DNA from: Takakia lepidozioides
Lineage: Eukaryota; Plantae; Bryophyta
Assembly (NCBI GenBank): GCA_030704615.1
Contig: CM060731.1
Span: forward strand, 92,876,001-92,940,000
Direction of reading: 5' to 3'
DNA: 64,000 nucleotides
Within the stretch, counting starts at the first letter, position 1, and every line of letters starts with the position of its first letter. A program made the translations under genes and the position numbers. Positions 37,201 to 48,700 of this stretch are shown one piece after another. The notes beneath the pieces were generated by a model. That model worked only from the letters and a program-made list of their open reading frames with translations. It had not been told where the DNA came from and did not search any database.

Positions 37201-37681
37201 GGAGTTTTCCGAGGCTTCATGTCGTGAAGCAAGACCATATGAGCAGATGAGGAAGGTTGAGATCCACAAAATACACTCTTAGAAACCTCAACACAATCCG
37301 AATTATGAGACCCCAAGCTCGCCGAATCTGCAACCTCCTCCTTTAATTTACAACTCCCATTTGTTGCAGCTTGATCGTTCTTTCTTGCAATAGAAGTGTG
37401 CCTCTCATCATGTGACTGTGTATAGCTCGTACCTGTGACACGGTACTTGGAGAAAGTGTTTGGAAACAACTCCCATTGCTTTTGGCCGTCATTGAAAACT
37501 GGAAGCAACACTGTGGAGGCATCATCATCTCCATCATCCTCCAAAAAAACTGAACCCGGAACAAGTTTGAATCTATTGCATAACCAAGGTTCTGGGATAA
37601 TGCACTTGTTTCCATTGCAAGGATAACGAACCACTTTGCATCAGGTGGACATGAAAGCACTGCATATTTTGGTGTAGACAT
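34203..37681 (-). pseudogene. MULE transposase with GCM/WRKY-like domain, copy 2 (most complete)
   Basis: MDRKFDGHPWCKT, CVGKLIC, CSFC..FCEAHC..VHVGFHNHPC; VFDHVKR, FMADAA, CLYH, TTNLSEAVH; FWFCP Cys domain; SWIM CDCPDF...PCKHMY; few frameshifts. Confidence 0.9.
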
Positions 37682-38394
37682 TTGGCAATGCCCTCAAAGT
37701 TTGAGAGAAGATGCAAAATGAATGAAAGCGCACATCTTGCAAGACCTTATGCAAATACATTAAATGGCTTACATTACTTATGTGTATCATCAATCCAGAA
37801 GGTCCAAATTTTTTGAGGCATGTGCTCCATCCATATTATTCTCTGACAGAAACAACTAAATGGACTATCCCTTATTTTTAAGACGACGGCGCCGTTGTTG
37901 AGATCTTAGAATCCAATGTACTGCCTTCTTCTTATGAGCATATGAAACATAAATGCTCTGCATGTTTCCATTTATTTTACAACCAATCGTTGATTAATCG
38001 TCCAACTATGAACTGACACACTAGATGGGACAATTTATTTACAATCAAATCCCATGACATGTATGTTGATTTGTTCTTTGATTACTCATGTATGAGTAAT
38101 GAGTACAAGTATTTGTGGCGACAATTGACTCTAAAACCAATAAATTGATTAAGACACCCATAACAAAATATTTAGTTACTTTATCACTTACTTTATATTG
38201 TATTATGAAGACGCCGCCACAAAGTAACATGTCAATCGTACAACCATCTTCTGAGGATCCACGTGTAACCCATGTAGTCCAAAAAGCACTAACGCCAGAG
38301 TGTATAAAAAAAGTTCACATTTCAGATTTGGCCAATTTGGCCTTTTTAAGGCCTTAGCCTTCGCTAACTCGCCCCCCTTCCCCCCCGCTCTCCT

Positions 38395-38465
38395 TGGCGG
38401 GGGCAGGTTTGAACCCGCAACCTTGTGGAAAATTTACCACAACCTTACCAACAAGCCATGCTCTA
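38395..38465 (-). other. tRNA-derived (SINE-like) Pol III promoter sequence
   Basis: A-box-like TGGCTTGTTGG and B-box GGTTCAAAC at tRNA-like spacing; no full cloverleaf seen. Confidence 0.4.
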
Positions 38466-38914
38466 TTCAATGAAACAACTTCTATTTTTTTTGTTAATAA
38501 ACTGTTTCTATTCAGTTAAACTTGTTTCCATTACTACATGACTAACCCGGTATCATTACTACACTAACGTAGTCTAGTATACTTGCACATTATCCCTTGC
38601 CACTCCCCCAAACAAACACACACAAACTACACAAGCACTTAACACGTCTCTAGTCTCTACACCCTGGAGACTCCCGTTGCGAAGAGGAGACAGAGGCGCC
38701 GCATCTCGGCCTTATACTATACCACCCCGAGGCAACGAGCTGTTGCGGCGATGGGGAGGAAGAAGGACACTCGAGGGGGAGGCGTTGCTGGTGGTGGTGG
38801 TGGTAGAGGTAAGCTGCGGACGGAGAAGGTAAGCTGTAGTTTTGTTTTTTTTCATGACCTGCACTTAGGCATATGCGCCATCGCATAAGCCCCACCAAGC
38901 TGCTCCTAATCTAG

Positions 38915-40030
38915 CACCTCCGCCGGCGCAGATGCCTAAGTCACTTCAACTCTCACAAGTTTGCGAATATCCACACATACACACAATCGTCTCCGCTGGC
39001 GGAGACAGCTCATTCCCCTTGGTTTTTTCTGATGCTTGGAAGGGCTGGGCTGCCACCTCCGCCGGCGCATACCGTTGGAGCTGGGATGCTCACATGTTTC
39101 AGGAAGTGCTCCTCTACTCCCATCCCGTTTATTTTTTTGCATGCTCATACGTTGCTGATGCTCCGAGCGGGTTGGGCTGGCGTATCCGCCGGCGCATACC
39201 TGTGCAGCAGGGCTGCTCAAATATTTCAGGAAGTTCTCCCCTTTTCCATCTCCTTTGTTTTTCCGCATGCTCAAAAGTTGCTGATGTTCCGAGTGGGCTG
39301 CGCTGGCATATCCGCCGGCGCATACCCATTGAGTACATTTTTTTTTGCTCAGTTCATAGGTTTCAGGAACCTCCTGCAAGCGTCTCCGCCGGCGGAGACA
39401 TTTGGAGCTTGGTTTTTTTGCATATTCCCTGTGTTACGGAAGCTCCAAAGCGCCAAGGCTGCCACCTCTGTCAACACAGACCCGTGCAGCAGGGCTGCTC
39501 ACATATTTCAGGAAGTTCTCCCCCCCTTCCATCTCTTTTGTTTCTCCGCATTCTCATAAGTTGTTGATGCTCCGAGTGGGCTGGGCTGCCATATCCGCCG
39601 GCGCATACCCATTGAGCACAATCTTTTTTTGCTTAGCTCCTAGGTTTCAGGAACCTCATGCAAGCATCTCCGCCGGCGGAGATGCTTGGAGCTTGGTTTT
39701 TTGTTGTATATTCCTTGTGTTACGTAAGCTCCAAAGTGTCGAGGCTGCCACCTCCGTCGGCGCAAACGCTTGGGGAACCTTCCCTATTTTGGTTGATCAC
39801 AGTATTCAAGTATCTCAAAGCTTCTACGTTGCCACCTCCACAACTCCACATGCTTCCATAGGCCTAGTTTGATCTTTCAAGGTGCTCCTGTATGTTTGGC
39901 TACAACCTCCCTTCCATGGTATGCGCCGACGCATATGCTTGGAGCTCCTTGAGCAAAAATTTCTTCAAGGGCCTCAAATCTTGTCAAATTTTGAGTTGGT
40001 TGCACATATGTGTCATATGCGCCGGCGTAG
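38915..40030. repeat. Dispersed CCGCCGGCG(G/C) motif array with 120-290 bp duplicated blocks
   Basis: Motif recurs about 11 times; blocks 39150-39440 and 39480-39730 are clearly duplicated. Confidence 0.75.
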
Positions 40031-40249
40031 GTGGTCGGAGGTCCTCTGTCGGGATGCTCAGGCCTGTATTCTGCTCCAAGTTGTAAGCTTTGAAAGACAA
40101 GGATATTCATGGAATTAGTTGACTATCCAAATTCATTTGTTTTCTTCATGCAACCATGACACTGAACTGCTCTTTTTACATATTATACATTCACACATGT
40201 GCTCTTCTCATACACTGACATCTTGAACTGTTTTGGTATATGGAATTAG

Positions 40250-40665
40250 GAAATTACTACTACAACTGAAGCTGTGGAGGCCGGGACGCTTGCAACCATT
40301 ATTGACGACATTGATGCAGGGAATTGGGGGGCAGATGAGTATGAAGAGGATACAACATCTAGTGATCCTCTTTCTCTAGATGCCAAACAGACAATTATTC
40401 TGGAAAAGAAACAAGATCTGAATGTAACTTTCAGGTCCCTCCTCATTGAGGATGGAGTTATGGACATTCCATCGTGTCGCATGATTTCTATGCAGGTTGT
40501 TAGGCCCGTCCTTGCCAACGACATCCTAAAGCTTAGAGGAGACATCTATTCTGGATACCATCCAGGAGCAGCCGTGTTCTATGTTTCTGTTGAGAGGATT
40601 GATGGATCTACTATAGATGTAGGTCCTGATATCATCTCTACATGGGATAGTCATTGGAAATTACA
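40250..40665 (+). pseudogene. ParB/Srx-like gene, copy 2 (N-terminal half of the domain, truncated before DGNHR)
   Basis: MQVVRPVLANDILKL..GYHPGAAVFYVS..TWDSHWK aligns with 11744-12145. Confidence 0.65.
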
Positions 40666-42262
40666 GTCTCTGAGAGGGTTGCAGGGATGCAAGAGCGATG
40701 TTCGAGGCATACTATGGGAAACACTCCGGATTCAACGAACTAAAATTCTTCCGCCTGCTTTTGATATTGGCGACATCCTCTTCGAGTTGCCGCCGCCAGT
40801 GGCTTCTAGGGGTCTTACAGGTCTCATGTCTGGAATGGACAAGAAGCACGATGGACACCCTTGGTGTCAGACAAAGACTTCCAATATCAACAACCCACAT
40901 GGTTTGAAGTTTAGAAAATCGGTTTGCATTGGTCACCTTCGATATGACAATGTGTCTTGCAAGCATCTGAAGATTTTGGGTGTTCCAAACGAGACAGAGT
41001 GGGATGGTTTCTCTGACAACCCTTTCAAACCAGGCTTTGCCCTATCCAACGGGAGCAGTACTTATGTTTGCAAGTTCTGCAAATTGGCCCCGTCCTGCGT
41101 GGCCGAGTGCAAAGCTCGCATGTACTACGTTCTCCATCGTTGCAAGACTCTTACACGAGCTTATATCCATTTCGACACTCATGCTCATCCAGTCTCAAAA
41201 AGAGATTGCAGAGAAAGTTTAGAGACAGTCCGGTGACTCGTTAGAGATGAATTCCAGAATGCGCCAACGGCATCACCTTCAGTTATTGCACTTGCAGCAA
41301 ACAAGTCTTTTCTTCAGAAATATATTCTTGGGGGAGAAGATGAATCAGCAAAAAAGCTTAAGGGTTCGTCACTTGATGTTGTCATGGATCATTTCTCGAC
41401 ATTGAGTTCGCCCAATATTCAAAATCAAATCCACGCTTTGAGGATGGGGCCAGGGAGCAGAGGGTCCATGGACGAATGACTGCATCTCCTTCAAACAGAA
41501 CAAACTTGTCCTCGCTAATGAACCCCCGCTCGTGGTTACCTTGTGCAGAGTGTGTCCGGCTGCAACGCTGTCTGATTGCACAAACTTGTGTAGCTCCTGC
41601 TCCTCTGCTCCAGTACATCCTTGACTTGAAGCGTAGAAGCCGGTATGACTTTATTCAGGATGTTGTCTTTTCTGGACAGGGTTCCATGTAAGTGTACTTG
41701 TTCAAGATGTCCACAGTGGGCTGGGAGGGTAGTGGGGTGAGTCTGGTCCGCAGAATGCAACCTGGTGGGGATTTGGAGAAATCATGGTTCATGTTTGATC
41801 AATACAAACGTGTCAAAAACTGGACAACCATGGCTTGGCATGTGTATGATCTTGGTAATTAACGAGTCTTGACAATTGCAGTTTGCGACATGCAGTCCGA
41901 AGACACAGAATCATATATTCTCATGTGGAGGTCGTTGGTAGCTGTTATGCGAGCAAATGGTGTTGAGGACCCCAACTTTGCAAGATTCATGGGTGACAAC
42001 GCACAAACAAACTTGAATGCTGTCAGCCGTGTGTTTGGATCTGGGGATCCGAAAGTGCCGGACATGGAGCGTACTTGTCTTTTCCACTTGACTCAATCTC
42101 TTCAGCGTCACACAAGAATGCTGCAACTGCAAACTCCATGTACCAGACAGTCCGAGCATGGTGGTTCTCTTCACTGGCTGTGAAGAGGGAACAAAAGAGC
42201 TGGACGACTGGCTGGGATCTGGCATTTCAGATACCGGCAATGGGGTGCTTTCATGACAACAG
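40666..42262 (+). pseudogene. MULE transposase with GCM-like domain, copy 3, in frame with the ParB-like fragment
   Basis: MDKKHDGHPWCQTKT, VCIGHL, NETEW, CKFC..C..C, MFDQYKR, FMGDNAQ, CLFH. Confidence 0.85.
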
Positions 42263-42324
42263 TAAGTCCTTCTGCAACTATCCCTGTAGCTTTGGAAGTA
42301 ATCTTGCCATGCTGCAATTTCATA

Positions 42325-42620
42325 TCATACAATCTGACCCTGCACAAATTCGTTTGAGTAAGAAACCCGTTTGTTGTAGTTACGAGCTTGAATCACCTGT
42401 GAAGCAGCAAAGTTAGTTTTGGCCCGACATTCCGACCGTTGCCGTTTGGCACACATGTTGACCAAGAATTGATCCCAATCTGGAGGATCAGAAATAGGAA
42501 GAACATCGTGAAGGGGAGTCCGAGCCACCCTGCCATGCCATATGACAACTCAAAAGATGAGATCCTAGTGCTGGAATGAACTGAAGTGCGATAAGCAAAA
42601 ATGAGTATAGGACGCACGCT
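42325..42620 (-). pseudogene. Ty3/gypsy integrase C-terminal fragment
   Basis: FAYRTSVHSSTRISSFELSYG and Q..YNKR..F..GQ.V motifs. Confidence 0.6.
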
Positions 42621-42787
42621 GCCTATGTCCGAGCAACGGATGGGGGGTTTTGGATGGAAGCATGGATGAATAAAATCATCTAAGTATTTATCGCTAGACG
42701 AACGTCCTGCAAATATGCTTCCTTCTGTTTCTCCGTGCCCGCTCGGATTGTTTGTAATCGTGCCCACAAGCGAGTGTTCACTTGAGC

Positions 42788-45700
42788 ATGGCTTGTCCAC
42801 CCTGCCCTGGCTCCAGCGATGGTGACCAGGGCTTGGGAACAGATTCTGATGGAAATACGGCAACTGACGAGGCCACGGAAGCTCCTCGCTCCGGGTTAGA
42901 CTTAAACCCTAGTCAGCACACCGAATTCCCAATGCCATCGCCTAATATTACTTCATCTCATCCCACTGTTGCAAGTCCGTCTCTACCAGGGACACCAGGA
43001 ACGGCGGCTCCGTCATCTTGGCATTCCCAGAAATTGAACGCAATGGGACCACCGCCTCCAAAGATTCCGTCCAAGAGTATTGAAGGTAATCCGCCAGGCG
43101 CAGCGGAGCCTCCAACTGCGACTATGGTGGGCGCCAAATCAGTGGCCATGGGTCCCCCGCCTCCCCGGTTGAAGGCCACAAAGAAGGCGGAGGAAGGAGG
43201 CGAGGATGCAGAAGTAAGTTCTGCAGCTGTGGTCACCAGAGACTTGAGTGTCCTTTCGATTGGAACTGGTAACCTACTCAATACATTGCTCGGAGTGTTT
43301 TGATTTCCACCAGCTGCGGGTGGGGGAAAAGTATTTCTTAAAATTCGTGGATCTGTAGGAAAGCCACCATAGTAATTTAGTGGAGAAAGGACAAGGTGGG
43401 ATTCTGCCAATTGAAAGCAATTCCACCCACGTTTCAGAAAGATCAAGTTAGTCCTTCATTGATCGTGCAATGGGTGTCAGGGAGTACACCTTGGCTTACA
43501 CGTTTTCTAGAAAGAAACCGTGTCTTCCTCTCCCCTCTCTCGTTACTAGTCTTGTGACTGGCACTGCAACCACAGAAGCAACTGTTACATTTTTCTCAGA
43601 GGAGTGTCTCCCTATATCAACATCATGCTTTCTACAACTAGCACAATGCCAGCCTGTGAATCATTAGTCAGTTCCCTGTAACATCGGCTGTGAGCAAGCG
43701 CCACACTTTCAATCTGAGCTTCCAAATACCCGGGCATTCTAACCCTACAATCAGCTTCCAGAAGGATTATGCTATCATGTGCATGCCGTTTTTAGGGGGT
43801 TGACATTTACTAATCCTCTTTCACCCTTTCTCCTTGCCTGTCATTCCCACAATGGTTGCAGAAACTGCAGGGGGAGATGTTGTACCCTAGCTGATTAAGT
43901 GGGCAGACATGGCTTCAGGAGGGTAAGGAACCTGCAGGGGAATAGGGGGGAGGATATTTATCACACAGTCACAGGAATCAGTCAATGATTGTAGGTTGGC
44001 AGGGAGCTAAGTTGACAGCCTCCAACCTGTTTAGGTGAGCACTGCTACTTGCTATCATGCCTATTACATCCAATGTGACAAGCTTTGTCCATTCTTTACA
44101 GATGTTGGAAATGCAGACAGATCAAAGTTCGGGCCAGAAATTACAGCGATGCAGTTGGATTCAGAACATCCAGACGAAAAGATGAGAGTCACAACGGGTA
44201 GTCTGAAGACAAATGGAGACACAGATGCTGCAGGCCAAGAAAACGTGGCTGTGGAGGCAGTATCTTCAAGTGTACCCTACACAAAGCCTGCTTGGAGCAG
44301 TGCCCCAGGGCAGCCCTTCCGACTCGAAGTTGTAAAAGATGGGATCATAGTGGACAGTCTTGGAGTGTAAGTTAATAGCTTTTGCCGCTCGTGAAGAATT
44401 GAAGTGAAAGTGCTGTTGATGAAAGTAGAACCCAAGAACAGGACTCCATATTTTGCATCTGAGATCAAACTAAAGTCAGATTTTGCAGATGGGTTATACA
44501 AAGTGGGTTTAGAGTTTACAGCTAACACTTGAAATGTAACCAGGTTTAATTATTCTGATCCCGTGAAGAACCGAATCTCCCCTCAGACTTGTCTTACTGA
44601 AGTCTTAGTAACAGGTAGCCTCAGGATGGATGACTTAGGTTAACTATTGATGTCTAATTGGCAGATGTATTAACCAGGGTTAAATGAATGTGAAGCAAAT
44701 ACATCAGTTTTGGAACTGGCACGGGTTGAATTGTCGATCAGCTGAAGCTTGTGCTCTCTTTTTGTCTGGTCCCGGGGGAGTTTAGGTGAAGTCCCTAGTT
44801 GAAATAACCTGTCGATATATATGTGGGTTGCAGGTCAAGCAGGGGGGCTTACATGTTTGGTCGTAGTGATCGTTGTGACTTTGTGTTGGAACATCCCACT
44901 GTTTCTCGATACCATGCAGGCAAGGGTATCTCTCAGTCTGTGTCTTCTTACTACTGGCATCAGCCCCTGACAAAGGTAGTTTCTGTCCCTTTGTGTTCTG
45001 CTCAAACTGGACGCGGGGTCAAAGGCCACAAGGCTACGGCAAACAATGTCTTATGAGTACATTCTCTCCTGTTGTTTTCTTGCGACCTTTCTATCCTTTT
45101 TGTGTATGGATCATGAATTAGGATGCATTTGAATATGAGACAGCTATCCTGGACAGTAATACAGATTTGAGGTAAGGGAGAGGATTGGGCTAGTCTGTCG
45201 GGCTGATTAGAACTGCAGAGATACAAGATTATACAGAGGTTGTGGAGACAAAAGTAGAAGGAGGGCCAAAGGGTCCATGGGACATGGTAGAACAAAATGA
45301 AACCGAGAGAGTGTCTGAAGATGGCCTTGTGTCAGGGTTCAGTATTGCAGTACAACAAGAAGGGGGAAGCGTTCATATTTGACCTTGGAAGTACCCATGG
45401 TTCCTTCATCAACAAGCGCCAGGTTGGCTTTTGCAGCTTTGCACAAGTGCAAACTAGTTTGTAGTATGGCAGGATTATGTACACTGTTGGGCTTAAACTG
45501 ATGCTGTATGACTGTTTGATGAATGCTGTGGTTAGAGAAAGAAGAAAGGAACCAGGATGAAAAAGGCAGGCGGTATGGAGAGAGATATAGAGGATCTACT
45601 CGTTGATTGTTCCCTGTGAACTGCCATGTCACCTAATGGGATGTAAGGTGCAACTGCCTGCTCTGGCCTTGATGGAGTAGACTCAGAAAGATTTTTCTGA

Positions 45701-48700
45701 TAGAAACAAATGTCCTGACTCCTCATAATGGCTGGGAAGGGCAGGTGAAGGCCAAAGTGTATGCACCACTGCAAGTCGGAGACATGTTACGTTTTGGCCA
45801 GTATGACCCTTGATCTTCCCTGGGGTATTGATGCATTGGAAAGTTGTGATCGGAGGTTTTGTTATGGAAGGAGACTCTACTCTTTTCTTAGCTGTATCTG
45901 GGGGACAGCTATTAAGCATACTGAACCACATTCTTGCTTTGTTTGTGGGTCAGCTCATCACGTCTCTATGTGCTGCAAGGTCCCTGTGAGCTCATGCCAG
46001 AGGTATACTGCTCTGCTCTCTTTCTCTTCTGATGGTGGATATTATTATGCTCCTCTCTCTCTCTCTCTGTGTGTGGTCTTCTGCGTCAGGGAAAAGATGT
46101 GGAGGATGGTTCACAACCGGTATGCAAACACCAAAAGTTGTGTTATGGTCAGAGATCTAGTTTTTTTGACATCCACCAAGGTGTAGCTAAAGGTTGTACC
46201 CTCTCCTCACTGCTCTTCAATGTTTTCATTAATCAGCTCCTTGAAGATGTGGAAAGTGAGGGATTTAGGTTAAAGAGGGGTGATGTCACCATACCAGCTC
46301 TTATGACTAAGCGGGCAGAGGCGAATCCGCATCCAATCTTCATGAGTTGATTGATTGTGCGAAGAGATACTTTTGACCTGTGGAGGCTAGAAAATGTTAG
46401 AAAATGTGTGGTGGTGGCCTTCAACAATCGTGGGGACGGAGGAGGGATCTCAAATGGACATGGGGCAGTGAAGAGATCCCTGTGCTCCCTTCCTACACAT
46501 ATCTTCGTGTTGAGTTTTCCTCCAGTTGTAACTGGGATGCGCATATACAAAAGGTGGTTCAAACAGCAAAATGCAAAGCTTTGGGTCTCATTCAATTTTT
46601 CCACTGCACAGGGATTAATAATGAAGTTAAAAGGACCGTGCTTTGCAATGTTATTTGGCCTACCTTGGAGTACCCATCTGCTGTGTGGGAGGGCAACTCC
46701 AACCATGCTAAAACTTTAGAATCCATTCAGCGTTCGGTGCTCAAAACGAGCATGTCACCATGCTCTAGAACAGCTAAGGTGGCTGTTCAGGGCAAGTTTG
46801 GCATACCATGCTTGAGCTCTCGACGTGATGAGTTCAAGGTCTGATGGTGGGGTCAGTTGAATTGATGCCTACTACCAGATACCCTAAGATGATCAACCCT
46901 ATTTCTTGGAAGCAACATCCTCCTGTAAAACAGGCTAAGTCCTGGCGGAAAAAGGTAAGAGGAGGTTTTCAAGTACCTGAATATTAGGCAGGAAGAACTG
47001 ACCCTGCTAGATGAAGCTGACTTGGAGGCTGTATTGTCTAGGGGCATGTCGGAAGCACAAAGAATATCAGAACCAAATGAAGTTAGGCATAAATTTTCCC
47101 TGAACTTGTTTCCAGCTTGTGACGTTGGTGAGGACCTAAGGATGATCTGAAGGGCCTTCCAACCCTCGACATTAGACTGAAATTCAAACTCAGGGCAAGG
47201 AGTCTACCTTTGAACAATAAACAGATGCAGAGAGGAAAAGGAGATTCAATGGCCTGAAGGCAAATCCATTTTCTGACACAATGTCTGGGGTATTCTCATC
47301 AGTGAGCCACCTTCTTCAAGACCATCACGAACATAGTCCCTGCACTTCTATTCACCCTGTTGGGGTCTAATTGCGGACACAGCAGTTTGATGCTTGTGTG
47401 AAGGGATTTCGAGAGGAAATCTGGAAAGCCAATTGTTTAATACCAAGGTAAGTCCCACTACTGGAGTGAGCCCCTCACAGAGGTAGTGTTTGTTCCCACT
47501 TGTTCCACCCAAACTGGGCGCGGGGTCCATGGCCACATGGCTACAGCAAACAACGTCTAAGAACCTGAGCACAATCTCGGAAGCCCCTACCCCAGGCTGG
47601 GCGAGGGGGTGTAGGAACACATTGGGTACAGACAGAGTTTGTCTTAGATTAGCATATCTTTCAAGAAGTAGCTATTCATCTTCTTCTGTGGGCTGGCAAG
47701 CAGGAAGGACTTTCTAGGGCAGAGCAGCTGGTATTGAGAGAACTCGATGCTGCTCAAGAGCGGGCCACGCGCCAAGCATCATTGCTACGTGCAAAGATGG
47801 AGGCAGCAGCTATGGATGGTGCAAGCTGGGGAATGCAGGAGGACGCCATAGAAGAGGAGGAGGAGGAGGTTTAATTTCCTCAATTTCCCTACAGCAGTTG
47901 CTGAACCCAGAGTCCTCTGGCACCGTTGGCACCGTTAGTCTTTTGTTCATGTTAATGAACCCTGAGTATCACTAGAATGGAAGCATGAAAATGTTATGAT
48001 ATACCAAGCAGTAGTCTTGGTGAATTGCTGCAGCACAAGGTGCATCAACTGGGCAAATGGTTAAAATGAAGATGATGTGGTGGAATTTGACGTGCTGTGT
48101 GTTTGGATGGAGAGGACCCTCCCTGAGAGTAAACATTCAGGGGATATGTTTGGATGTTGATGCTTTGGCCATGTTAAAATGTCTTGTTTGTAGTATACTC
48201 AAGTTCTTCAAGATTTGTTGAACCCTCCCCCCTCTTTCTCCTTCTCTTTTGCTCCTGATCATTCTGGCCTTGTGCAGGGGGAAGCAGATGAAGTGACATG
48301 GCAGACATACAAGGGACCCCTCACAGACAAGCAGCAAAAGACCCTTGAAAAAGTTCACAAACGCCATGAAAAGGTATCACGTTCACAGCTTTTTTGGCCA
48401 TTTGTGGAAGCTGGGCCAAAACTTACTCTTTTCCTTGTAGTCAGTCTGTGGTCGATTGGAGTGGGCAATAAGCAAGGAACTGATGCAATCGTTGTCGTCA
48501 GGAACCTGCATCAGATTTAATTTAACCACTAAATACTGCCATTGTGGGAATTTTATTTGTTTCTAAGTAGTAATTGTGCATGTTTATGTGGATTGCACAG
48601 ATGGCAAATCTGAAGAAAGAGATTGATGCTATCCAAGCCAAGGAGATAGGACAAGGGGGTCTCACGCAAGGCCAACAGACACAGATGGCGCGCAATGAGC

